From the NCBI GenBank assembly GCA_951406725.2, contig OX597826.1, positions 9,486,001-9,550,000 of the forward strand: a DNA stretch of 64,000 bases, in the 5' to 3' direction. The DNA comes from Octopus vulgaris (Eukaryota). The notes beneath the pieces are model-generated. The model was not told the DNA's origin. It saw only the letters and a list, made by a program, of their open reading frames with translations, and did not search any database. Both the position numbers and the translations under genes were made by a program. Shown piece by piece: positions 26,060 through 40,682 of the stretch (positions are counted from its first letter, which is position 1; each line of letters starts with the position of its first letter).

Positions 26060-29000
26060 TGGAACCAGTTACCATCTGACTGTCAGGTGAATACAGTAGG
26101 AATAGTGGAGACTTTCTTTACATTACAGCACAAGATTGTATACTTTAGTTGTTCTGAATTCAAATTATACCAGTGTCAGCTTTATCTTTTATTCCTCTGG
26201 GACTGATGAAGTAATTATTCATAATATATTTATACCCTTTTCCTACAATAATAAGTCCCTGAACCCAGACAAAGTACATCAATTTAGCATTGTATGATTG
26301 CCACAGTGGGATCATTAATCAAATATTGGACAATTTCAGATCAGTTAAATTTCAGTGAGTACTATATTCATATTGTTATTGTTTAGCCCCAGGCCTAACC
26401 TGAACAGGCTGATCTATGGGCAAAGGCATTCAAGTTATGACCATAGTAATAAAATCTATATTGCATTAGCCAATGTTGATAGTAAGAGGATTTGTTTGCC
26501 ATTTTTAGCTGGTCAAGAAACCACACCTTCATGTTTGTGATGAATGGCTATTTGAAGAATAGTTCCAAATGTATCTTATGAGTTGCTTAATATTTTATAA
26601 CTAATTGCTAGGATAATCTCAGCTGATTGAAGTTTTTCAACTCACTAAGTCACATACGTGAAAACCTACTCTACATATTTGTACTTAATATACAGGACAC
26701 TCCCCTAGAGGACTTCCTTTCAACCATATTATTGATATTTATCATCAGCATCACTCCATTCTCTCTATTTCGACATCTGTAGGTGCAGGCATGGCTGTGT
26801 ACATACAAAGTTCACTTCCCAACCACATGGCTTCAAGTTCAGTTCTGCTGCATGGCACCTTGTGCACATATCTTCTGCTCTGGACCTGATTATGTATAAA
26901 AATGTGTGTGTACATGTATGCAATAGAAGTTAAGTAGAAAATCCAGCAACTGTTTCTGATTAATTTTCAACTGTTGCTAATTAAAGGACTAAACAAAACC
27001 ATGACATTTTTATGCAAATTTCCGCATACAGTTATCAGCTGTTACCCCCTTTTTTCCCCATGTTTCAAATTTCTAAGTCTAAACCCTCTGTATATATTTT
27101 GAATGTATTAGAAATGACATTCATAAAATATGAATGGATTTGGCAGAAGGAAATTAAAAGAAGCTTATTGTGTGTGAAGAGGGTGGGAGTGTTTGTGTGC
27201 GTGTGTGTGTGTATGGTTGAGTGTTTCTATCCCCTCGTTTTGATGTTAGGCTGCAATAGTTGTGAAGCATGTATCACTATCATTGAAGCAGTGATATTTG
27301 TTTTCAGTCTTCCATGAAAACATGTCCGGCCATGAGGAAACATTACCTTTGCTTAGAAACAGATGAAGGTTGGCAGCAAGAAGAACATCCAGCCATAGAA
27401 AAGCTGCCTCGACAAACTCCATCAGACCCATGTGGGCATGGAAAAATGGGCATCATCATCATCATCATCATCATTATTGTCATGAGGAGGGGAGGAGGAC
27501 GACAACGACGATTGATTATGCTTTGTCTTTGCTGTGTAAGAATATGATTTGCTGAGGTCCAACAAGATTGAAAAATATCCCTTGATTTAACCAACTGGCT
27601 TTAAAGACAAAGAACCCACCCCCACTCACACTACACCATTTCTACATTTTCTACATTTTTCTAAAGATTTCAATTAAGTGCTTTTATTGCCAATATCTGA
27701 CTTGCATGTTGTTTTTAGATTTTTAAACATCCCTAGAGGGAGTTTCTGTCCACTAATTGCTTGAATAATCTGAGTTGATCGAAATTTTTTCAACTCGCTA
27801 TATATTAGACATGTGAGCCTCAACCTTATTTGTATAGAGTATGCAGAATGCTCCTCCCTGGGGGTATTTTCCCCTCTTGCAGCCATGGTCTTGAAAGAAA
27901 TAGACCGAAAATAGTGCGAAGATAGCAAAGAGAGAGAACAAGGATATTAAGGAGAAGAAGTTGAGGAGAAAGAGAGATTTGGCGCGGGGGTGGGGGGGGG
28001 GGGCGGATGCAGGCATTGGGCCAGGGCAAGAAAAAGGTAATTGAGAATTTGAAAAATCTGAGATAATTGAATGAAGTGAAGAGAGAATGATTAATCCTTA
28101 TTATCACCTCTATCATTCTTTTTCCTCATCATCGTTATCACTGTCATCGTCATCATCAGCATCACAATCGTTTTCTACTATCATAATCACCTCCTTCATA
28201 ATCATCATCATCATCATCAGAGTTATCATCACCATTACTATCATCACACTTCTAGCAGTGCATTCAAAAATGCTAACTGGAGTATGGAAATGGGTTTTTT
28301 TGTTTTATTTTGTTGGGTTTTTTTTTTACTATTTATTTTTATTCCTTCTTTCTTTGAAATAGAATTGGAAAATGATAAGAATATCCTAAGTTCTCTATCT
28401 CTCCCTCTTCTTTTCTATCTATCTGTCTGTGTATGTGTCTGTCTGTCTCTCTCTCTCTCTCTCTTAAATAACTAAAAGATTATACATATTTCAGGCTAGT
28501 TTCTAACTAAGATCTGTCCTATGAAAACACTGAATTCTTGCTAATGTAAAGATAATGCCGTGATGGTGGCACTAGTGGCGACATTGGTGATGGTGGTGGT
28601 GGTGGTAGTGGTTAATATTAAATGTGGTGCATTCAGTTTGTTGTTTATCACACCACACAGCACTAACACAATGTCCGAGTTTACCAAATGCAATGCCTTG
28701 TTCTACTAAAACCATTATTTATCTCTATGAAATATCTTTCATCTTAAGTCTTCAAACAAATGACAGCTTTGTTTCAACTGTTCTTCTTCTTCTTGCTTTA
28801 CAACAACAACAACAACAACTATAAAGACAAACTAAACAAATAATCAAAACAAAAACAAATCTATTGCAATATATTTTTTTTTTTACATAATTTATTGCTT
28901 TATTTTTAGGGTTGTAGTCATTGTAGTTGGTGTTGTTGTTGGTGTATTTCATGTAAATTGCAATTGAGATCTTAGAATCTTAGAATTCCATCTGCTGCAG

Positions 29001-29070
29001 GGATATGAACAGGAAATACACTAACACAGCAATTATAGAATATTAAACAAACAAACACAACAAAAACTTG

Positions 29071-29103
<33 letters not shown>

Positions 29104-29108
29104 TATAT

Positions 29109-29154
<46 letters not shown>

Positions 29155-29374
29155 GTATATATATATGTATATATATGATATATATGTATGTATATATGTA
29201 TATATGTATATATATATATATGTATGTATATATATGTATATGTATATATGTATATATATGTATGTATATATGTATATGTATGTATATATATATGTATATA
29301 TATGTATATATATGTATATATATATGTATATATATGTATATATATGTATGTATATATATGTGTATATATATATG

Positions 29375-29405
<31 letters not shown>

Positions 29406-29441
29406 GTATATATATATATATATATGTATATATATGTATAT
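29071..29441. repeat. (TA)n/(TATG)n microsatellite
   Basis: Direct inspection. Confidence 0.95.
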
Positions 29442-29578
29442 TATAAGCTCTGTAAGATGAGATTTAACATCTAATACTTATGGGATGATTGTAGTGATGG
29501 GAACCATTTCCTTCTATTTTCAATTGAGGATTTTGTGAATTAATTTGTTTTATAGAAGCAAAAGCAGGAGAATGTGTT

Positions 29579-29638
<60 letters not shown>

Positions 29639-30145
29639 ATTTATATATATTGTTTTAATGCCCTGTTGCTAGTGCTATATATTGGTTATTTGCTAACAGT
29701 TTGTTTTCGCTGTTGTTTAGTACCAGGTCAACTCTGGTTGCTCAAACCTGTGATCAAAGGTGTTCCAACCAAAACGATCCTGTCATTCTTTGTCAAGCAT
29801 TGATCAGGTGTGGGCTGTGATTGAGAAAATTCCTTCCCAGGTAACATGGTTTCAGGTTCAGTCTCACTTTCTTTCTTTCTTTCACTTGTTTCAGTCAGTA
29901 GACTTTGGCCATGCTGGGGTACCACCTTCAAGAATTTATAGTCAAATAAATCAACCCCAGTGCTTCCTTATTTTAAGCTTCGTACTTGTTCTATCAGTTA
30001 CTTTTGCCAAACTGCTAAGTTACAGGGATGTAAACAAACCAATACCGATTGTCAAGTGGTGATGGGGTGGGTGGAGAAACACACACACGACTGATTTCAA
30101 TGATTCTTTCTAGCTATGGCTTTGCTTGTATATGAGAAAGCAGCC

Positions 30146-30180
<35 letters not shown>

Positions 30181-31049
30181 AAACCAATACCGACTGTAAT
30201 CGACCATTCACCTCTTCCCAAATTTCAGGCCTTGTGCCTTTAGTAGAAAGATCATTGTTATTATTATTATTTTTCTTCTTCTTCTTCTTCTTCTTCTTCT
30301 TCTTCTCATTATTATTATTATTTAATGGAAGGACAGAACCTATGACATTTTTTTCAGAGACCCTGAGACTGGTGAAAGGTTGTTGTGGAAATTGTCATAA
30401 GACCTGGCCTAAATGTTTGCAACAGTGGAAACTCTGCTTGAGATACCCAAGACCCAGGTCAGGATACTAAGCTGAGTGACAGATTAAGTTTGCCATTCAA
30501 GAGCAGAAACAGTCCATCGGATGGACTTCCTAAGCTTCCATCTATTAAACTTCACTCATGAGTCTTTGGCAGAGACATTTGCCTAAGGTCTCACACAGTG
30601 GATTTGAACTCAGAACCATGTGATTTTGAAGTGAGTTTCTTACACGCAGCCTTCTAAGGAAAAGCTAAATTGATCTTGGTGTCATTTGGTAGAAAACACA
30701 AAGTGTTTCACTGGTACTTAATTTATTGACCCTAAAAGGATGAAAGGCCAAGTCGACCTTGGCGGAATTTGAACTCAGAACATAAGGACAGAAATGTTAC
30801 AGCATCTGATAAAATGACCAGTAGTATTTATCTATTTATATATTATTATTAAGACAGCAAGCTGGCAGAATCATTAGCACACTGGGCAAAATGCTTAAGG
30901 GTATTTCATTCATCTTTACATTCTGAATTTAAATTCTGGGGTCGATAAAATAAGTACCAGATGAGCAGTGGGGTCAATATAATTGACTTACCCTCTTCTC
31001 CAAAATTGCTGGCTTTTGTGCAAAAATTTGAAACCATCATTATTATTAT

Positions 31050-31890
31050 TTTACTTATAATCTGCATGTTAATTAGTCACTTGCCAAGACACACCCAGTG
31101 TCCTGGGGCGAGTGAAAGATAACAGATGTTACAGTATGACTGAAAGTTTAGGAGGGAAAGTAGTGAAATATCTTCATGTAATACAACACAAATGTTTAAA
31201 TGGATAGGGTTTTTCTAAGGATGTGGTCAGTACTTATCAATACAATCCTTTGGCTTTCTCTGAGACATGGTGCTCCTGGGATGTTATCTAGATACTTCTG
31301 ACATCCCTTTTTATCATACCTAGACCATGTACAATAATAGGGACAGTTCTCATTTTAAGATGCCACATCTTTTGTATTTCAATTTCCAGGTCCTTATATT
31401 TACTTAGTTTGTCAAATTCCTTGACAAATATATCTTTATCAGTGGAAACACTTACATCTATTAGTCTACAAGTATTTTCTTCCTTGTCTTTAATAATTAT
31501 GTCTGGTTGATTAGCTTGGATCATTCTATTAGTGTTGACTGGAAAATCCCAGAGGATAGTGACATTTTTACCTTCAACGAGTGGCTCAGGATGATGTTCA
31601 TACCAGTAAGCAGGAGTGCTGATTTTGTAGTGTTTACATATTTTCTAGTGTAAATACTGCCCTACCTTATCGTGGCAATATTTGTTTTATCAGATGTGTT
31701 GCAGATATACATTTAGGGTCAGAACCATTTTGAAGAACTGGTAGTTTTTTTGTGAGTAAACTTTGATCTTGTGTCGCCAATATGAAACTTCAGTCTCTGC
31801 TTTCAGTCCTAAACTTCTCAGCCACTGATGGGTTGTTGCTTGATCTACACCAACCAACGTTTTGACTTCTAGGTTTATTCTGTCCATGCA
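31050..31890 (-). pseudogene. R4/Dong-like non-LTR retrotransposon 3' fragment (restriction-like endonuclease domain)
   Basis: HQWLRSLGLKAETE, HDKVGQYLH.KIC, ILWDFPV, ANQPDIIIKDKEENTCRLIDVSV...KLSKYKDL (PD..D..K-type endonuclease); 3' end abuts (TAA)n. Confidence 0.85.
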
Positions 31891-31892
31891 GA

Positions 31893-32020
31893 GGCTGCTG
31901 CTGCTGCTGCTTCTTCTTCTTCTTCTTCTTCTTCTTCTTTGCCTTCCTCTTCTTCTTCTTCTTTGCCTTCTTCTTCTTCTCCTCCTCCTCCTCACTACTA
32001 CTACCACCACCACCACCACT
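31893..32020. repeat. Compound trinucleotide microsatellite (CTG/CTT/CCT/CTA/CCA)
   Basis: Direct inspection. Confidence 0.9.
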
Positions 32021-32360
32021 ACCTCTGCCTTACTGAAGGAGGTATTGTTTTCAGTTGTGTTTGTTTATTTATCCATGGACAAGATATCTCAAGAACTACT
32101 GGATGGATTTGGATGAAACTTTCAAGAATGTTTGGCCTCATGACTGGCACAAACTGATTAGATTTTTGGATCGATCTGGTACCAGACAAATATTCTGAAT
32201 TATTTTCCTGCTTTTTTTTTTTTGAGAGCGGTCAGGTTTATTTTTAGTAGTCTTGTTTGTAAGAGCAGTTGAGTTTATTTCAGGTATTCTTATTTTAAAA
32301 ACCATCTCCGACTAATTGTGGAGGGGACGTTGGTGTAGCCTTGGCGGAGGTTTGTGCTCT
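32020..32360 (+). mobile_element. Helentron-associated (HINE/DINE-like) non-autonomous element, putative
   Basis: 5' acctctgcc...ggaggt short inverted repeat and 3' subterminal ggcggaggt; internal atctcaagaactactggatggatttggatgaaactt typical of such elements. Confidence 0.55.
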
Positions 32361-34738
32361 TATTATTATTATTATGTTGATGATTAGCAATGATGATAAT
32401 TTAAAAACTGGAGTAGTAAAAGCAATTAAATTGACCACACAAGCCAACAAGTAAAAACATACTCTACATTTTAAAAAAAGAAATGACATATTCTATAAGG
32501 TAGCCCTGAATGCATTATACCTAAAAATTAGATGTAGTGGTCACAACTGGAATTACAGGCCCATTCAATCAAAGTGGACTTGAGACTAAACAGTGTCATT
32601 ATACAGAATCAAGCCATCACCATGAGACTTCGTGAAGGGACTGTCCATAATTCCTACAATATACAATAGAGGGCTAAACATAGCATTTGGTATATTTTCA
32701 GAAACAAAATACCACACTGTATCAGGATATCCCACATTATCTCCCGCAAAACATACTTGGAGATACACTGACAAAGCAAAAATTGTCTACATATGCCATG
32801 CTATTGAATTTCACCTCCTTCGTGGGAAACCACTGATATTCATGTTATGAAACTCCAGCTCTCTTTAAAAACAATATTGTGAAGATGCCGTGGAAAATTA
32901 CTGCTGAGACATACTACCAGATAGAACATCAATTTCCATGACAAAAATTCTGATAGTATTTTAGTAATTGTCATGGCAATACTAAATCACTATAATATAC
33001 AGAAGCAAGGAAAAAAGTTAAGGTATTACACTGACTTGGATATTGAATTTAAAATATATTATGGCTTTTAAGGAAATGTGCTGTGTGGTTGGAAAATTTG
33101 CTTCCTAACCATGTAGCCTCAGTTCAATCCTGCCATGTGGCACCTTGTGTAAGTGTCTTATAGTATAGCACTGGATCAACCAAAGCCTTGTGAATGGATT
33201 TGGTGGATGGAAACTGAAAGAAGGCTATTGTGTATGTAAATACATATATGAATCTGTGTGTCTGTGTTTATTTGTGTGTACCGTGTCTTCAGATCGTGCG
33301 ACAATTGTAAATGAACATCACATGTGATGCTGTTTGTTTCCAGTCTTCTGTGAAAAATATGTCTAGCTATGGCAAAATATTATCTTACCTGAAAACAGGT
33401 GAGTGGGTTGGTGACAGGGAAAGCATCTTGTTATTGAAAAATGTGACTCAAATTCTATCTAACCTGTGCAAGCATGTGAAAGTGGATGCTAAATGATGAT
33501 GATGATGATCAACCATCCTATTTGTAATTGACACAAATGGAATGATACATAACTACATTTGCAAAACACAAACAGATTACCTGTAATTATAGACATCAGG
33601 GATATTCCAGGGAATAGCAACACAAGGAACTGTAAATATTACTGAGGCATTCTCATTCGCCATTTGTTTAACCTTGAATATTTTTATGCCTCTTTTCCAA
33701 GCTGTACTTAATTCTTGTTTTAAGAAAGATAAGTTTTGATGTATTTCTCAAACCATGAAATAATAAAGGTAATAAAAATAACGATGATGATAATGATAAA
33801 AACATCATTGAAAGCTAACGAGATAGTTTGTGTAAATTCCCTAGACTTGGAAATCTGCCAGAATTAAAAGACAATATAAACTAACAAAGTGCTATCAATC
33901 AATCTATCTATCCATCCATCCATTCATTCAAATCACAAACACTAACAATATATAATATTATCATAATTATCATCTGTACCATCACTGTTTTCTTATCATG
34001 ATATATATATGTGTGTGTGTGTTTATTTGTATGTATGTAAATACACTTTTTCCTCTTTCACATGTCTGTAGACACAAGAAAGCATAAGCTTCCTTAAAAT
34101 GTTCATTCATTTTCCTTCGGTTTTAATTTCGTTTTTCTGAGCTGTCGTGGGATAATTATATATCATCGATATACATTACTTTACAGCTAGATGCCCTTCA
34201 TGTTGCCAACCTGTATTTCAAGTAATGATCTCTCATACCATACATCTTCGACATTGCAGAGCCAATGGATGATTTGTAGACAAAAAAATAACCAACTTCA
34301 CTGTTTGCTGTTCTTGATAAGACACATCAAGCTGAGTAGAATCCCTGTCTTCCACATTTACAGGCTTCTCCTTTCAGGTGCTGGTGCCACATGACAAGCA
34401 CTTGCACCAGTGCTGCATGCTTGTGCTTGTGCCACATAAATGCACTTGTGCTGGTGGCATGTAAAATGCACCCAGCATACTCTGTAACGTGGTTGGTATT
34501 GGAAAGGCCATCCAGCTGTAGAAATCATGCCACAACAGACAACTGGAGTCTGGATGGCTCTCAGCTGGCCAGCTTCATGTCAAACCATCCAACCCATGCC
34601 AGCATGGAAAGCAGACATTAAATAATAATGATATGATGACTGCTGGCAGCACAGCACTTTTTTTAATGCAAGGTGTGCAGGGTGTAACATTTGCACAGAC
34701 ACGCATGAGTGCATGTGCATATATGCACACACACACAC

Positions 34739-34770
<32 letters not shown>

Positions 34771-35782
34771 TAATAATCCTTTCTACAATAGGCACAGTGT
34801 GAAATTTGTGGGGAGAGGGTCAGTTTCCATCTACCAGATTCATTCATAGAGCATTGGTTGGCCTGAGACTACAGTAGAAAACCTTTCCCCTGTGTGCCAT
34901 GCGGCAGGACTGAACCAAAAAACCACATCATATAGGTGTGTGTCTTTGTATTTGTCTTTACACCACCTGACAACTAGTGTTGGTTTGTTTATATTCCCTG
35001 TAACTTACCAGCTTGGCAAGAAACTAACAGAATAAGTACAGACTTAATAAGTTTGGGGGTCAATTTCTTCAGCCAAACACTTCAAGGAAGGCTCCCAACA
35101 TGGCCCCAGTACAATGAGTGAAAGAAAAGATCAAAGTATACATTAAATATACTTTTTGCAAGCGGTTAACAGTACAGACAAACAGTTCCCACAGACACAA
35201 GTCAACAAGGAAGCCTCTAAATGCTCACTGATCCAACTAGAAATAACAGTCAAGGTGATTCTAAAAAAAGAAATGAAATAATAGTTGTGAATGAAATACT
35301 TTTGGTTGTAAGTCTGCTCAACCAAGGGTGACCGGAGACTAAACAACATCAGCTTCTACACATGCCATCAATGGAAAAAAAGAATAAATCAACAACAGAA
35401 AATTCATTAGAAGAAGAGCTTGCACAATGGACATATTCAACAAAAAAAGGGTGCCAAAATAGAGAGAGAGAGAGACACACACACATATACACAAATATTC
35501 CACACTACAGCAGACACCAGGCATTTTATTTCAATTTCATGCAGCCACTGGCTTCTAGATCAGGGTGTTGGAAGGGTATAAAACAGAGCAGGATGGAATT
35601 AGAATTAAGAACCAGCCATTCTTTCTGTCAACAGGAAGTCTGACAAGAATAGCAAGCAATACTGACTTTTGAGAAAGAAATTCTGCCTGCTGATTGGCCA
35701 TGATATAAGTAAGCCAAAGGGCCCAATATTTTGTTTCTGTATTTGTTGGGTTGAATTTTCTTACTGCTGAGTTAATCCCAAG

Positions 35783-35817
<35 letters not shown>

Positions 35818-36203
35818 GTATCAATCTGGCAGTAAGAAAACTCAAGCTTAACAAATACAAAACCATCATACACACACACACACACACACATTACAGATAT
35901 GCAAATATATTCATATTTATACATTTGCGTGTATTTGAACTGTCTGCACATTTAGTTAGAACATCAGTATGCTTACTTACTTACAGTAATAGCTATTTCT
36001 TATTGTGATGGCTTCAGGACAAATCTTTTATTATTTTTTTTTACAACAACACTTACCAGCAGATAACAATTGCCTAAATGATAACATTAAGCAGAGGTTA
36101 TAAAAATATCATGGCCTTTGATTCTAATGAGCAAATCATTTTTCATTTATTCAACCAATAACTGATAACATTATCCTCCATGATTATAATAAACAGTTTG
36201 TTC

Positions 36204-36234
<31 letters not shown>

Positions 36235-36294
36235 AGGCCAAACCATTGTGAGTGGATTTCATTGATGGAAAATGAAAGAAGCCAGTCACACTAT

Positions 36295-37811
36295 CATCAT
36301 CATCATTATCACTATCATCATTATTGTTTTGTTTCTATTCATACTGGCATATGTTGGACAGTTCTGATCTCTCTACATTGGTTGAGAGACCTCATTTTGC
36401 TTGCACTTCATATTAGTATGGTATATATCATTGCATGCTCCCCCAACACCAATTACCCTACAGAGTGTAACTAGTGCCTTTTTTTCATGTCACCTGCACT
36501 AAAAGTTGTCATGTCCTCAACAAGACTAAAGTTCTCATAACTTGACATTGTACAGAGTGTACTGAGTGTGTGTGCATTTTCATGACACCAGCATTAGAGG
36601 GGTATCCATGTCCTTGACAGAACCAAGGAGACCTTACATATCCATGTCTCTGCACACTTGCCAGATTCATTACAGAATAAGAAGTCTGAATGACAGTCAT
36701 AGAAGGAGAGGGAAGTGTGGAAGTGGAATGAGTTATGGTAGTACTCAGTATTCTTGAGATTGGTGTGAATATTCAAAGCAATATGATTGAGACTGAGATG
36801 GCAGGGAGATGACTCAAGTCTCTGTGATTCAAGGGGTTGGGTGATAACCGAGGGGTAGCTGAGGTCCAGTGTATGTAGGAGAAAAAGAATGCTAGCAGAG
36901 TGAAATGGGATGACAACTATTTAGTGAACTGGGCACAAGTGGTCCAATGTAAGCTACCTACACAGAAGTGATGAGCGTAGAAGCATGGTAAATGGGAAGT
37001 AGGTGGGTCCTGTAATAGTCAGTGTCACAAAGGTGTGACAAGGAGAGGGTCAGAATAGGTGCAGTGGTACCATGTCTGGAAGGGATGTATGGTGAACAGA
37101 AGAGATCTGCTGCTTCTTTAATCAGACTGAAGCACAGTACAGTGGGAATTGAGGCGAAGAGGGGGGTGATTGAGAGATGAGCAAAAGATATGGGTAAAAG
37201 AATGCAATGTATATCAAACAGTCAATGAGTAATAAAGGGTATGGCAAGGGAATGCAATGTGTGGCAAACAGAAGAGAGACTCACTGCCCTCCTGAGTTAT
37301 ACTGACAGCATAATACAATGTGATTGATAAAGGAGGGGAGAGAGGGAGAGAGTGGTATTGGAAACATGGGTGCAGAAAGAAAATGCGAAAGAGATAAAAG
37401 CATGGGAAAAAGAGACACGTGTCATAGTGGTAATAATGGCAAGAGACATGTGAGTGATAGAGATATGTGATGCAAGGGACAAGAGATAAGGAGCAAGTGA
37501 TGTGTATGCTAAGGAGGTGATTGGCTATCAAAGAGGTCAAAGATGAAGCCTAGGCTGCAGGTAGACCTACATGCACATACCAAGCAATGCAAGCTTGCAT
37601 ACATATATATACTTTTACTTTTTTCAGTCATTTGACTGCAGCCATGCTGGAGTACCGCCTTTAGTCGAGCAAATCGACCCCGGGACTTATTCTTTGTAAG
37701 CCCAGTACTTATTCTATTGGTCTCTTTTTGCCGAACCGCTAAGTGACGGGGACGTAAACACACCAGCATCAGTTGTCAAGCAATGCTAGAGGGACAAACA
37801 CAGACACACAA

Positions 37812-37864
<53 letters not shown>

Positions 37865-38620
37865 CATACGACAGGCTTCTTTCAGTTTCTGTCTACCAAA
37901 TCCACTCACAAGGCTTTGGTCGGCCCGAGGCTATAGTAGAAGACATTTGCCCAAGATGCCACGCAGTGGGACTGAACCCGGAACCATGTAGTTCATAAGC
38001 AAGCTACTTACCACACAGCCACTCCTGCGCCTTGTACACACACACACATACACACTCACCAATTTTCATATCTGTTTACCATTCCTGTGTGGATGAACAT
38101 GCCACCAGACAATACAGTCCACCAGACAAAGGACAATACAGTCCTTTGTCATCTCCTTCATGAGGTGTAACATCTTCAGATGTGTCTTCACCACTTTGTC
38201 CCAAATCTCTCTAAGTCACCCTCTTCCACAGGTTCCAATTACTTCAAGCACACTGAACATCTTTATACACTTGTCCTTCTGCACACCTGTCACATGTCCA
38301 TACCGATTAGCCTTCTCTCTTGTACACTACACCTGATTCCTTTCATGTTCAGTCTTTCTCTCAGCCCATTTATGTTTTCGTCGTTCATGCACAGAGCATG
38401 TTCCCTTCAGCTCTTTCTAGCCTTTGTAGGTCCTCTGTGTTCAAGGCCCATGTGTCACTATCATGCAGCATCATTCATCACACTCAAGCATCATACGATC
38501 TGTCATTCATTCCCTGGGAGGAACCTATTGTTGCCAAGCACCCTGAACGTTTTCCCAACTAGTTTTTACTCTTGCTACCTACTACTTAATTAGGTCCACT
38601 AGGTTGCAAGCTATCAACTG
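36295..38620 (-). mobile_element. Old RTE-like LINE 3' portion (RT C-terminal relic plus long 3' UTR), interrupted by SINE A
   Basis: GTCGRG..WDKVVKTHLKMLHLMKEMTKD relic near 38140-38240; degenerate tail and (CAT)n near 36300-36360. Confidence 0.5.
37612..38032 (-). mobile_element. SINE family A, full length
   Basis: Reverse complement of 45588-45988. Confidence 0.9.
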
Positions 38621-39931
38621 CTTCATGAGAATCACCTGGGCATTTGATGAAGTTTATTTTCCAAGTGTTCTTAGTACTTATGGTCTCTGTACAGCCTCTC
38701 TGTGTGTGTGTGTTTACATTTGTGTTTACATTTGTGTTTCTCCAAAAATCGCTAGGTTACAAGTAGTGGCTTTGTTGTCATTTTTTTTTTTGGTCAATAA
38801 ACCATTCACTGGCTTTATGCCTTTAATGATCTGCAGAATAAGTGATCTCACATTTGACAACCAAGTAAGAGTTAACGAAACAAAAGGCATCTTGTTGTAA
38901 AACAATGCTTCAGTAATATATTTGCCTAACCCATGCCAGCATGGAAAAACGGATGTAAAAACAAATGGATATTCATATATATTAGTACACATATACACCA
39001 AAACTGCCAGCCTAATTTAACACAGCAATATCTCCACATACAGTTCCACCAACACCACCACCACCATATACCTATCATGTCTCTGTAGCTAACACACTTA
39101 TTTTATTCTCTAGTGATTTACTGTGGTTATATATTATTTCCCTTGAAAATTTTGATAGCAAAGCCAGAACATTGATTCTAATAAGTGAATAATTTTTAAT
39201 TTATTGTAAATAAAGTATTTGAGACATGCTAATTTTGATAACAGTAATTGTTTGATAACATCTATGATTATAACAGCTTCCTCTGTTTATGTACACACAC
39301 ACCCACACACACACACACACACACTGTTTACATACATTCACACCCACATAAACTAATACTGTCAGCCGTACCGACCAAACTTACCCCTTCCCTAGCTCCA
39401 CTCCTGCACTAACATATGATTCCACCTCCACCATCACCATACACTTAGCATATCTCTGTAGCTAGTGCACTTTTCCTTTGAAGTCTATAGTATTTATTGT
39501 TGTTCTGTAACAGTTTACTTAAAACTTTCTGATATCAGTATCCACAGTTTTGATTGTAATAAAGGAATAATTTTAAATTTATTTTAATGTCTGGGGCCAG
39601 CTGGTTTTGATAACAATAAACATTTGATAACATTATCAGCAATTATAATATGTAAATTCCACTGTGTGTACAAAAGAATACATGCTATGCATTTAAATGA
39701 TGGCAGTTTTCTCATGTCTGAAGGTCTTGAAGAGCAGAACACTCTCAAATGACTATGTAAACCAGTCCTTGATGCTGCAGGGTTTCCTTCCTGCCTGTGG
39801 TTAGTGACTTTAAAGCAAAAGTCTGTACGAACCAGTTCCACTCTTTAGACTTGGAAGTTTGACCGTCGTATCTCATCAAGTTAAAGACAGCTATGATGAC
39901 CACCAAGCTGTAGAACGGCCTTCACCTAGGT

Positions 39932-40682
39932 CAGTAAGTTCTCAACAGAGGTCCATATAAGATTTTGCGGGGTCCATACAAATGAAATAGTAAATTGGGG
40001 GTGCAAAGAATATCTTAAGGGACCATGAAAGAATTTTGCTTTCGGTGTATTTATTGCAAGCAACAGCTGGGTTTCTTTCTCTAACGTCTTACAATTCAAC
40101 CAACACAAGTGCATATTTTTTTACTTGTTTCAGTCATTTGACTGTGGCCATGCTGGAGCACCACCTTTGGTCGAATCAAATCGACCTCAAGACTTATTCT
40201 TTGTAAGCCTAGTACTTATTCTATCGGTCTCTTTTTGCCGAACTGCTAAGTTATGGGGACCCAAACACACCAGCGTTGGTTGTCAAGCGATGTTGGGGGG
40301 ACAGACACAGATACACAACATATACATACATATATATATATACACACACACATATATATATATATATATACACACACACATATATACGACGGGATTCTTT
40401 CAGTTTCCGTCAACCAAATCCACTCACAAGGCTTTGATTGGCCCGAGGCTACAGTAGAAGACACTTGCACAAGGTGCCACACAGTGGGACTGAACCCAGA
40501 ACCATGTGGTTAGTAAGCAAGCTACTTACCACACAGCCACTCCTGTGAAAAAAAAAAAGAAGAGTTTTGAAAGAAGGATCTGTAAAACCAGTTTTTAAAC
40601 ATTGAATGGCTGTTGGGGTCCACCGTAGTAAAATAGTAATTAAAGGGGTCCGTAGGTAAAAAAAAATGGTTGAGAATTATTA
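39932..40682. mobile_element. hAT (Buster/Charlie-type) MITE with nested SINE A (~40118-40547, -)
   Basis: Degenerate TIRs cagtaagttctcaac / gttgagaattatta; perfect 8-bp TSD acctaggt with central TA. Confidence 0.8.

Noticed and set aside
32586-32850. Protein-like short ORFs on both strands in unique sequence
   Set aside because: No recognisable motif and no consistent pair of splice sites
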